A stretch of 64,000 nucleotides of DNA from Desulfosudaceae bacterium (GTDB taxonomy: Bacteria > Desulfobacterota > Desulfobacteria > Desulfobacterales > Desulfosudaceae). The stretch lies in the NCBI GenBank assembly GCA_963674745.2, contig CAXXDV010000001.1:2592001-2656000 (forward strand), in the 5' to 3' direction. The position numbers were made by a program, and so were the translations under genes. Shown in pieces: positions 41,089 through 50,167 of this stretch; the first letter of the stretch is position 1, and the number at the start of each line of letters is the position of its first letter. The notes under the pieces are model-generated. The model was not told where the DNA came from and did no database searches. It saw only the letters and a program-made list of their open reading frames with translations.

Positions 41089-42744
41089 TCAATCAAGGGC
41101 CGGCAGTCCGTCTAACATCTTGTCGTCGGAAGATCCGTTCAGCTGAAAACCCACGACGTTTCTGTCCGAACGAAAGCCGATGTAACTGGCAATCGAGATG
41201 TTGCTGTTGGAAAAGATGCTTTCCGCCATCTTGACCACTTTGGCATGGCTGTTGACTCTGAGTGTCGCCGTAGCCACGTTCATCCCGTCGTTCCGGTAAG
41301 CGGTCAGGGTCACATTGGCGGGGCTTACTTCTGTATTAACAAAAGCAATGCCCGTCCAACCGTCCTTTTCAAGCTTGGCAAAAGCACCTTGCTTACTTCC
41401 GGCACCGCTTTGTTCTGCATAAGCCGCCAGTTTCTGGTTATCCAGGGTGCTGAACAGCTCGAATCCGACCATCGGCGAAGTGGCGGTCAACCTGAACCAG
41501 GCCGTCTGATCGGGAAGGTTAAGGTTTCTGACCAGGCCGATATATTTATCATTTGGCCCGATACTGATGGTTGAACCGGTCAGCGCGTTTCCCAACTCGG
41601 AGTAAGGCGTGACGGTTATCGTGTTGGTCGTGTTCGACGGGTTATAACCGACGATACCGGTCCACCATGATCGGGTGTCGGCCACGTGGGGATAATATAT
41701 GGTAATCACCGTGTCGTCCGAAAGTACAATGCCATCCAACTGCGTATTTGTGCCGAAAAGTTCCAGGCCGACAATACCGCTGGCATTGGTAATCCTGGCC
41801 GATTTGATGTTCGGTTGCGCTTCACCTCCGAACAGGCTGGCGATGGTAAACGCCTTATGCTCGTAAGGGTTAAGCGTGACATTAGCCTGGCGGCCGTCAT
41901 TAAACAGAATCGTCAGTTTCTTGGTCACGGAGCCCGAGTTGACCAGGCTTATTCCGGTCCAGAAATTGTCGTTGGAGGCAATATGCGGCACATAAATGTC
42001 GCCCGTGTTCGCCTCTTTTATGGCGGGAACGGCGGTTCTGAATTTTCCTTCCTGGTAAAATTTCGTGTAACCAACGGCACCTTCTCTATCTCCATGAAAG
42101 GTAATGTGCCCGATTTCTTCCGGGTTCGAAAACCAGTCGCCAATGTTCAGCTCTCTCCGACCATGGGGATAAAGGGTGATCGATTTGTTATCTATTACCT
42201 GGCCGCTGTCAGTGTAGGCCCTCAACGTGCCGAGCATGTTCTGATCAGCATTGGTGTTGATAATGCATATTTCCGTTTCCCATGGTGATTTGGTGGACAC
42301 GTGTGGAAAAAACAGGGATGGCGCTTGGCTGAGCTCAAGAAAATAGGCCGTAACAGATTTTCCCTCTTCTAAAATACTGACGCTAATGGGATTCTGGGTG
42401 GAAAAATCGGTTGATGATACGGTATCACCCTGGCAGGTACTCGTTATGGTGTCGACTTGCCAGTAGGAGAACACATATCCTGTTTCCGAGTTGGGCATTG
42501 CCATCAGGGTATAGCTGGTTGCACTTGAAAAATTTTCCGGATACGTGCTTGGCATATTGTTATACGTATCAAATTGATTTGACATAATATCTCCGCCGCC
42601 TGCCGGGCTGACATCCACGGTCAGCTTTGGGCCGCCTCAGGCAAAAGCGTTACCCGGCGTCATAATAGCGGCGCAAACCATAACCGGCAGCGCAATTAAA
42701 AAGAAAATTGTCAGACATTTTTTAAGCATACGCTTGTGAATCAT
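41089..42744 (-). CDS. Putative secreted selenoprotein, paralog A (551 aa, Sec36)
   Basis: GGGAGA RBS, ATG 42744; MIHKRMLKKCLTIFFLIALPVMVCAAIMTPGNAFA-TGA(42637-42639)-GGPKLTVDVSPAGGG in frame with the 509-aa ORF. Confidence 0.82.
42607..42625 (-). promoter_or_regulatory. Putative bacterial SECIS element (paralog A)
   Basis: GCTGAC-CGTGGAT-GTCAGC starting 11 nt 3' of in-frame TGA. Confidence 0.75.
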
Positions 42745-42925
42745 TTTTAAGTCTCCCTAAATTAGTGCAATTTTTTACTGCTCTGGTCCGTACAGAAAGC
42801 ACTGCTGAGTGGACAGGTTTTCTAAGAACTTTTCCAGACCTTCAGACACCCGTTATATAATTTTAACGATTATATAATCGGATGATGATATTTCCCAGCT
42901 TTTTGTCAAAAAAAATAACGCTGTT

Positions 42926-42954
42926 ATTATGGGTTTTTTTTTAAGCCCTGTCAA
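42926..42954 (-). promoter_or_regulatory. Sigma70-like promoter for the three-paralog operon
   Basis: Minus strand TTGACA (42954-42949)-17 nt-CATAAT (42931-42926). Confidence 0.55.
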
Positions 42955-43042
42955 TATTTCATATGTATTTCGTAGAGAATTTTCAATTTACTGATATCAT
43001 GAAGGATAATTTATTTTGAAGCCATTATCGGGGTTATCGTCT

Positions 43043-43867
43043 TCAGGTAACATCAATTTTTTGGTTCAGGCGTTCGATGGTGGCGTTGATGTAGTCGTTA
43101 TCCTCAATGTCAGCCACTATCGCCTGGTTCGGACATATAACCGCACACCGGCCGCATCCCCGGCAATTGTCATTAATGCACGCGACCCCCTCTTCCATGC
43201 CGATGCCGTCAAATATGCAGACACCTTCTGCGGTACAGGCGCCGCATCCCACGCAATCTTCCGTGACAAGCATTTTCAGGCCGGGCATGCGGCTATAATG
43301 ATTCCCCAGTAACGGGTGGCTGCCGACCAACCCCCGTGTAATACAACAGCAGGGGCAACACATACAGATCGTGAACAGCTTATCGCCCGGACCGATGCTC
43401 AGCCAGACCGTGTCGAGCTTGCTTTTGCCCACTGAAAAAACCAGCCCTTGCGCAGAGGCATTGCGGACATGCGCTATCGCCTCTTCTACCGTTGCTTCAC
43501 GACCGAGGTCAGGATGAATATCCCGTGCCGGTTCACCCAGAAAGATGCAGCCGATTTCATGGGGGTAAGTCTCACAGGGCATGCATTCCCGGCAAATGCA
43601 CTTGTGCATGATAAAACGGTAGCTTGCCTTTTCGATAAAATGTTCCGCCACCTTTGAGGGGAGAATGGTGTCCGGCCCTTTGTCAATCTCCTGATTGATG
43701 GTGATCACATTGTCATTCGGCAGGCAATAAAGCTCATCTCCCTCAAAATATTTTTTTTCAATCATCCTGGCGAAAATTTTCATCCTGGCAGGATTGTATC
43801 TGGGAAATTTTTTAGGAAAGAATTTTTTGTAAAAGGCGACCTTTTTCAGCTGTTTTGCTTTATCCAC
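43043..43867 (-). CDS. 4Fe-4S ferredoxin-domain protein
   Basis: CICR..C, ICMCCPCCC, CVGCGAC..VC, CRGCGRCAVICP. Confidence 0.85.
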   Translation of the reverse strand: MDKAKQLKKVAFYKKFFPKKFPRYNPARMKIFARMIEKKYFEGDELYCLPNDNVITINQEIDKGPDTILPSKVAEHFIEKASYRFIMHKCICRECMPCETYPHEIGCIFLGEPARDIHPDLGREATVEEAIAHVRNASAQGLVFSVGKSKLDTVWLSIGPGDKLFTICMCCPCCCITRGLVGSHPLLGNHYSRMPGLKMLVTEDCVGCGACTAEGVCIFDGIGMEEGVACINDNCRGCGRCAVICPNQAIVADIEDNDYINATIERLNQKIDVT

Positions 43868-43939
43868 GGCGTTGATCCTGATTATATTCGTTGATATTAA
43901 ATCTCGGCTTTTGGGGAATCAAAAGTTTCATACCGGCTA

Positions 43940-44707
43940 TTATTGGACAGGTTTTGAAAAAGCCTTTTTGGGAAGGTCGAGGTCAACCTGGACCTCTACA
44001 GGGATTGGGTCCGGAACACGGGCGTTGACCATGACATTTTCCGGAAGGCTGACCTGAAACACGTCATCAACCGGCAGGCTGACATGGGTCGTCAGGTCAA
44101 GCGGCAAAGTGAAGACCTTGTTCACATGAACGGTTACATCCTGTTTTATGCGCACGTCAGCCAGCGTCTTAATGTGAACTGTTCGTTTGAACGGGATCGT
44201 GATGTTAATCGGAAAGATTCCGCTTACCGGAAGACTGACATTTTTCAGCCCCCAGAGATTGGTCTGGACCATAACGTCTTTCAATGGGATTTCGGCTTCA
44301 ATGGGAACTTCGGTTTCGACGAATATTTCCTGGTCTATGGGGATTGAAATGGTTACGTCCAGCGGCACCGTAAAGTCGCTGTCAACAGGCACTTCTACGT
44401 CCTGCTGAAAGGGGATGTCGGCTTCCAGGACTTTGGAAAGCCTGACGGGGATGGGTCCTTTTGCCTCCACTGCCACCGGTGACCATGACGGCATTCTGGC
44501 CTGAACGGTTTTATTCAGCTGGTAGGAGGCAATGGGGTCCGGTGCTTTGTGGTAAAGATATCGGACAATGCTGAAAGATACCAGCATCAGCAGAACAAAG
44601 ATCAGGCCGAGCACGATCATTATGCCGGCGGCCCAGGCCAGAATCAATCTGGGACGCAACCTCAAAGTATAGAACTCGTCCGGAGTGCTTTTCGAGGGCT
44701 GATCCAT
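43940..44707 (-). CDS. Membrane-anchored hypothetical protein with V/I-P-V/I repeats
   Basis: Likely ATG 44707 (MDQPSK); one TM helix then Val/Ile/Pro-rich beta pattern. Confidence 0.65.
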   Translation of the reverse strand: MDQPSKSTPDEFYTLRLRPRLILAWAAGIMIVLGLIFVLLMLVSFSIVRYLYHKAPDPIASYQLNKTVQARMPSWSPVAVEAKGPIPVRLSKVLEADIPFQQDVEVPVDSDFTVPLDVTISIPIDQEIFVETEVPIEAEIPLKDVMVQTNLWGLKNVSLPVSGIFPINITIPFKRTVHIKTLADVRIKQDVTVHVNKVFTLPLDLTTHVSLPVDDVFQVSLPENVMVNARVPDPIPVEVQVDLDLPKKAFSKPVQ

Positions 44708-44753
44708 TATTTTTATATATCTGTACAAAAACAGCTTGTCAATGATTTCAAGG

Positions 44754-46655
44754 TTATTGAGCAGCGCCCCTGGCCATGAACGGCGGAATGGGGATGTCCA
44801 TGGCATAGGCCACCGCCCGCAACACTTCCGCCTCACTGACAGCGACCCGGCCGTCAAACAGGACACACTGGCAGCAGGCATCAAAAACCGTTTTTTTGAC
44901 CCCGGGTGAAGCCTGTGACAGTCGTTCCAGCGCCGCATGCAGCGTTTTGACCGAAACTTTGGCCGATATTGTAGTGGACTCAGCGCCTCTGATCGGCAAG
45001 GCAGTTATCGCCGCCTGAAAAGCCTTGTCCGCGGTTTCTTTATCATTTCCGGTCCGGGCCAGTATGGATATCAGGGCAATGATGTCTTCTGTCAGGGGGG
45101 TGATATTCTTATACAACGTTCTGGGTGAATTGTTGACAAAGACGGCCTCCAGCCGGTGCCGGATGATCTCTTTGACTGAGAATTCAAAAAGCGTAATCTT
45201 TTTGTCGGCCTCAATAAGGGCCTGAAGATAATTTTTGAAATCGTCGAATTGTTCCGGTGACATCTGCCTCAGCGTAGGGATGGCAAGATCAAGGACCGGC
45301 AGCCTCAGTTCAACCGGAAGATCTTTTACGTAAAAGTCCACAATTTCCAGCTGTCGAACAAATGAAGACGGGGCGGTCTCTTTGAGTATGTTGTATTGAT
45401 TTTCTTTTTCGGCCGGGTTTTTATCCAGAAGAAGGGCGCAGACCACGACCGATGCCCCGAGCATATCCCGGGTTTCATGCTTGATGGGTTCCGGAATCGC
45501 GTCCAGGATGACAGCACTGTAGGCGACATTTTCAGGGGTTATGTTACCCACCGTTTCCATGGCGCTGTCGGGGTTGATGGAAACGTCTCCGCCAGCCTGA
45601 AAAGAAGCGTAAGGCTGCGGTCCACTGATACCTGAAATCCCGGGCGTTGCCGTTTCCTTCCCCGCAGCAAGGGTAAAGTCCCCCGAAAATCCCGGTTCGA
45701 TCCTCTGGATTCTTTCGGCCAGTGGCGGATGGGTGGCGAAAAAAGAGTTGATGGCCTTGCCGAAAAACATATGACAGGCTTCTCCGGCGGCCGGGGAATT
45801 GATTTCTGAACCGTTTGACAGGCCGCCTATTTTTTTCAGCGCCTGGGCAATTCCCGTACTCCGGGTGAATTGAACCGCCGAGGCATCGGCCAGGTATTCC
45901 CGCTGGCGTGAAACAGCGCTTTGAATGAGCCGGCCGACCAGCACACCGCCATAACCGATAACCAGCAAAAGCAGGGCGACAATGGCGATCTGGCCGCTTC
46001 CCTTGCTGCTCCTCCTTGAGCTATAGGACCGCCTGGAAGAACCCCGGAGCGCTATCCTGCCGATTGTGGCAATCGCCATAATACCGCCCAGCAGGCCGAT
46101 TAACCGGATGTTCAATCGCATGTCGCCGTTTAAGATATGGCTGAATTCATGGGCGATGACACCCTGCAGCTCTTCCCGCGTCAGCCGCTGGCAGCACCCC
46201 CTGGTAACGCCGATGACCGCGTCATTGGGCGAAAATCCGGCCGCAAAGGCATTGATGCCCTCTTCATTTTCCAGCAGGTATACAGGCGGAACCGGTATGC
46301 CCGAGGCGATAGCCATTTCTTCCACCACGTTCAGGAGTTTTCGCTGATCCGGATCTTTTGTCGCCGTATTGACAAGGTCTCCGCCCAGTCCTTCGGCGAT
46401 ATAACTGCCGCCTTTTGAAAGTGCCGTCATTTTGATGATGCTGCCAACGCAGATAACGGCAAATGTGATGCCTGCGATGGTCAGAAACAGGTCAGGGTCG
46501 TAAAAGGTCAGTCCGGGAACAGAAGAATTGTACATGACCACCGCCATGATCGCGGCATAAACGCCCAGAACCACAAGAAGCACGGCGACGATAAAGAGAA
46601 AAACCAGCATACCCGTTTTGGATCTGGCTTTATCTTGCTGCTGAAAGAAATCCAT
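44754..46655 (-). CDS. M48 (HtpX-like) zinc metallopeptidase with C-terminal extension
   Basis: INAFAAG, AHEFSH, SRQREYLADA, THPPLAERI; follows lemA. Confidence 0.9.
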   Translation of the reverse strand: MDFFQQQDKARSKTGMLVFLFIVAVLLVVLGVYAAIMAVVMYNSSVPGLTFYDPDLFLTIAGITFAVICVGSIIKMTALSKGGSYIAEGLGGDLVNTATKDPDQRKLLNVVEEMAIASGIPVPPVYLLENEEGINAFAAGFSPNDAVIGVTRGCCQRLTREELQGVIAHEFSHILNGDMRLNIRLIGLLGGIMAIATIGRIALRGSSRRSYSSRRSSKGSGQIAIVALLLLVIGYGGVLVGRLIQSAVSRQREYLADASAVQFTRSTGIAQALKKIGGLSNGSEINSPAAGEACHMFFGKAINSFFATHPPLAERIQRIEPGFSGDFTLAAGKETATPGISGISGPQPYASFQAGGDVSINPDSAMETVGNITPENVAYSAVILDAIPEPIKHETRDMLGASVVVCALLLDKNPAEKENQYNILKETAPSSFVRQLEIVDFYVKDLPVELRLPVLDLAIPTLRQMSPEQFDDFKNYLQALIEADKKITLFEFSVKEIIRHRLEAVFVNNSPRTLYKNITPLTEDIIALISILARTGNDKETADKAFQAAITALPIRGAESTTISAKVSVKTLHAALERLSQASPGVKKTVFDACCQCVLFDGRVAVSEAEVLRAVAYAMDIPIPPFMARGAAQ

Positions 46656-46769
46656 TATGTTTCACCATTTATATCATATCAGCCTCTGGTCGTGGCCCGA
46701 GGATAAAGCATTTCTCAACATGGAACAATCTGTTAACGCGCAGTAAAGTCAAATTTTTTATCTTAAATT

Positions 46770-47360
46770 TTAAAAAGATACTTTGGGCGCTTTTCGTTCT
46801 TCTTCCGACTCGGTTGACTCGAGAAGCTCGGCCGCGGTGAAATTGAACATATTGGCGATAATGCTGTTGGGGAATTTTTCACGGCCGATATTATAGGATG
46901 TGACCGCGTCGTTAAAGGCCTGCCGGGCAAAAGCGATCCGGTTCTCAGTGGAGGTCAGTTCCTCCTGGAGCGCCAGCATGTTTTCGTTGGCTTTCAAGTC
47001 CGGATAACTTTCTGACAGGGCGAAGATGCGGCCGAGGGCGCCGGAAAGCACGCCTTCAGCACTGGCCAGTCCCTGCATGGCGCCTGGCTCCCCGGGGTTC
47101 CGGGCGGCTTTGTCACTGGCGCTCATGGCGCTGCTACGGGCCTTGATAACCGCCTCGAGGGCCTCACGTTCATGTTTCATATACCCCTTGGCGGTTTCGA
47201 CCAGGTTGGGTATCAGGTCATAGCGGCGTTTCAACTGGACATCTATCTGAGAAAAAGCGTTCTTATAGCGATTTCTAAGGGTCACCAGGTTGTTGTACAG
47301 GCCGACGATAAAAATGATCAGCACCACAATAATGCCTAAAAAAACCAGAATCGCAATCAT
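46770..47360 (-). CDS. lemA: LemA family protein
   Basis: YNNLV..IDVQLKRRYDLIPNLV, YPDLKAN, ENRIAFARQ. Confidence 0.93.
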   Translation of the reverse strand: MIAILVFLGIIVVLIIFIVGLYNNLVTLRNRYKNAFSQIDVQLKRRYDLIPNLVETAKGYMKHEREALEAVIKARSSAMSASDKAARNPGEPGAMQGLASAEGVLSGALGRIFALSESYPDLKANENMLALQEELTSTENRIAFARQAFNDAVTSYNIGREKFPNSIIANMFNFTAAELLESTESEEERKAPKVSF

Positions 47361-47399
47361 TGATTCCTCCTCCAAATCGTTAAAAGATTATTATTTGTC

Positions 47400-49898
47400 T
47401 CAGACCATATCCGGTGTCGCGACCGGCACCGGTCCGACCTTCCAGATATCGCGGCAGTATTCAGCAATGGCGCGGTCCGACGTGAACATACCCATCCGCG
47501 CCACATTTAATATTGACATACGATGCCAGCGGTCGGGCAGATTAAAGGCCCTTCCCACGGCTTCCTGACATTGCACATAAGCGGTATAGTCGGCCAGGAC
47601 CATGAATTCATCCCTGGCCAGCAGGGAATCAACCAGCGGGGTAAACAGGCCGCTGTCCCCGCCGGAGAAGGTGCCGCCGCTGATCATGTCCAGCACCGCC
47701 CGCAATTCATCATTCTGCCGGATGACTTCACGAGGGTTGTATCCCTGTTGTTTTGTCACGGCCACCTGATCCGCTGTCAGGCCGAACAGGAAAAAATTTT
47801 CCGGCCCCACTGATTCCCGGATTTCCAGGTTGGCGCCATCCAGGGTGCCGATGGTTAAGGCACCGTTTAACGAGAATTTCATGTTGCCCGTACCCGAGGC
47901 TTCTTTGCCGGCGGTTGATATCTGTTCTGACAAATCCGCAGCCGGGTAAATCCGCTGGGCGTTTTTGACGTTAAAATCCGGATAAAAGATTACCTTGATC
48001 CGGCCCTGAATGTGGGGATCATTGTTGATGACGTCGGCCACGCCGTTAATCAGGCGGATAATCAGCTTGGCCCGGGTATAACCGGGGGCTGCCTTGCCGC
48101 CGAAAATAAAAGTCCGGGGAGGGGCGTCCGGGTCAAGTCCCTGCTTGAACCGGCGGTAGAGGGTGATAATATGCAGCACATTCAAGTGCTGGCGTTTGTA
48201 TTCATGGATCCGCTTGACATGAATATCAAACATGGTGGAAGGGTCCACGGTCGTCCCGGTTTGTTTTTTGATCATGTCGGCCAGGCGGATTTTACACTGG
48301 TGCTTTACTTCTGCCCATTGGGCGCAAAAGCCGCTGTCATCCGCAAACGGTTCCAGGCCTTTGAGCTGATCAAGGTCATTTATCCATCCCTTACCGATGG
48401 CCCGGGAAATCAAACCGGTCAGCCCGGGGTTGGCCAGGACCATGAAACGTCTGGGGGTGACACCGTTGGTTTTGTTTGAAAATTTTTCCGGCCACAGGTC
48501 AAAAAAATCTTTAAGTACGGTCTGCTTCAGAAGGTCGGTATGAAGCGCCGCCACACCATTGATGGCGTGGCTTCCCACGCAGGCCAGATGCGCCATACGA
48601 ACATGCTTTTCTCCGGTCTCGCCGATCAGTGACATCCTTTCCAGCCGCTGGTTATCGCCGGGAAAACGGCGGCTGACAGCATCCAGAAAACGTTGGTTGA
48701 TCTCATAAATAATTTCCATGTGCCGCGGCAGCAGTCGGCCGAACAGGGAAACGGGCCAGGTCTCCAGTGCCTCGGGCAGCAGGGTGTGGTTGGTATAGGC
48801 GAACAGTTTCGTGGTTATCCGCCAGGACCGCTCCCAACTCAGGTTATAGGCATCCACCAGCAGTCGCATCATTTCACTTATGGCCACGGCCGGATGGGTA
48901 TCGTTTAACTGTACCACGAATTTGTCGGGCAATCGCTTCAGGTCGGTCTCCCGCTGAAAGAATACGCGCAGCATGTCTGAAAGGGAACAGGCGACAAAGA
49001 AATATTGCTGCTCCAGCCGCAGCCTCCGGCCGGCTTCGGCCTCATCGTTGGGGTAAAGGACCTTGGTGATGTTTTCCGATACCACTTTCTGGGCAACGGC
49101 CTTGTAATAATTGCCCATGTTGAATGCTTGAAAGTCGAAAGATTCTCGGGCTTCAGCCTGCCAGAGCCTGAGAATAATAGCGTTTTTGACGCCATACCCT
49201 AAAACCGGCGTGTCAAAGGGCGTGCCCAGAACGGAACGTTCAGCCAGCCAGCGAACCCGATAACGGCCCTGTTCATCCCGGTAAGCCTCGGTGTGGCCGC
49301 CGAAATTGACTTCGATGCGACGTTCCGGGTGGGGGACTTCCCAGGGATTGCCGAAGCGCAGCCATTTATCAGCGATTTCAACCTGCCAGCCGTCTTTGAT
49401 GACCTGATCGAAAATGCCGTATTCGTATCGGATGCCATACCCGAAGGCCGGTACCTGAAGCGTGGCCAGAGAATCAAGGTAGCAGGCCGCCAGCCGTCCC
49501 AGGCCGCCGTTTCCAAGGCCGGGTTCTTCTTCCTGTTCCAGCAGTTCGTCCAGCGAAAGGCCCAGTTCCGTCATGGCCTGGTTGACGACCTCCCAGAGGC
49601 CCAGGTTGATGATGTTATTGCCCAACTGAGGTCCCAGGAGATATTCAGCCGAGAGGTAAATCACGGTGCGGCTGTCCTGATTGAAATAGGTGTGGGCACT
49701 GTGAATCCAGCGCTGCAGGACCCGGTCCCGGATGACGTAAGACAGCGCCAGGTAATAATCGTTGAGGGTGGCTACTTCCGGAAATTTGGCGCGCATGGAA
49801 AACAGCTTCTCGGTCAGGTCCTTTTTAATCGCTTCAACGGAATTGTCGAAAAACGGCTCGGGTAGCTGGGTATTTTCCGGGTTGCGTATTGTCTCCAT
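47400..49898 (-). CDS. glgP: Glycogen/alpha-glucan phosphorylase
   Basis: LGNGGLGRLAAC, QLNDTHP, KRIHEYKRQ, EASGTGNMKF. Confidence 0.97.
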   Translation of the reverse strand: METIRNPENTQLPEPFFDNSVEAIKKDLTEKLFSMRAKFPEVATLNDYYLALSYVIRDRVLQRWIHSAHTYFNQDSRTVIYLSAEYLLGPQLGNNIINLGLWEVVNQAMTELGLSLDELLEQEEEPGLGNGGLGRLAACYLDSLATLQVPAFGYGIRYEYGIFDQVIKDGWQVEIADKWLRFGNPWEVPHPERRIEVNFGGHTEAYRDEQGRYRVRWLAERSVLGTPFDTPVLGYGVKNAIILRLWQAEARESFDFQAFNMGNYYKAVAQKVVSENITKVLYPNDEAEAGRRLRLEQQYFFVACSLSDMLRVFFQRETDLKRLPDKFVVQLNDTHPAVAISEMMRLLVDAYNLSWERSWRITTKLFAYTNHTLLPEALETWPVSLFGRLLPRHMEIIYEINQRFLDAVSRRFPGDNQRLERMSLIGETGEKHVRMAHLACVGSHAINGVAALHTDLLKQTVLKDFFDLWPEKFSNKTNGVTPRRFMVLANPGLTGLISRAIGKGWINDLDQLKGLEPFADDSGFCAQWAEVKHQCKIRLADMIKKQTGTTVDPSTMFDIHVKRIHEYKRQHLNVLHIITLYRRFKQGLDPDAPPRTFIFGGKAAPGYTRAKLIIRLINGVADVINNDPHIQGRIKVIFYPDFNVKNAQRIYPAADLSEQISTAGKEASGTGNMKFSLNGALTIGTLDGANLEIRESVGPENFFLFGLTADQVAVTKQQGYNPREVIRQNDELRAVLDMISGGTFSGGDSGLFTPLVDSLLARDEFMVLADYTAYVQCQEAVGRAFNLPDRWHRMSILNVARMGMFTSDRAIAEYCRDIWKVGPVPVATPDMV

Positions 49899-50167
49899 GC
49901 CGGGCTCTCCAAGTTATTCGTTTTGTGTGAAAAAAAGTTCTCCGCTGTTTCAACGGAGATGGCAAAGAGCTTATATTTTAATCTTTTCATGTAGTTATGG
50001 CAAAGCTCCAGGAATTTGTCAAGGAGAAAGAATGAAGCGGTCAGGTTGTTGAGTTTTTTTACGGGTTAAAAAAATCTCGTTGCACCGGATCACACCTTTT
50101 GTTAGAAAACAGATAGCTTTCTGTTAAAAAATATTAAGTGCAAATACATATCGGGCATATTTTAATC

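Noticed and set aside
37575..42744. Three pseudogenes or sequencing errors causing premature stops
   Set aside because: The same TGA occurs at the homologous codon in three diverged paralogs, each with a conserved hairpin and no other lesion; independent errors or decay are implausible.
37575..42744. Genome-wide TGA reassignment (genetic code 4 or 25)
   Set aside because: hslU, argB, aat and pgsA end at TGA at their expected C-termini, and Trp is encoded by TGG.
44708..44938. N-terminal extension of the 332-aa ORF in the track
   Set aside because: Overlaps the M48 peptidase 3' end in another frame; ATG 44707 is the more plausible start.
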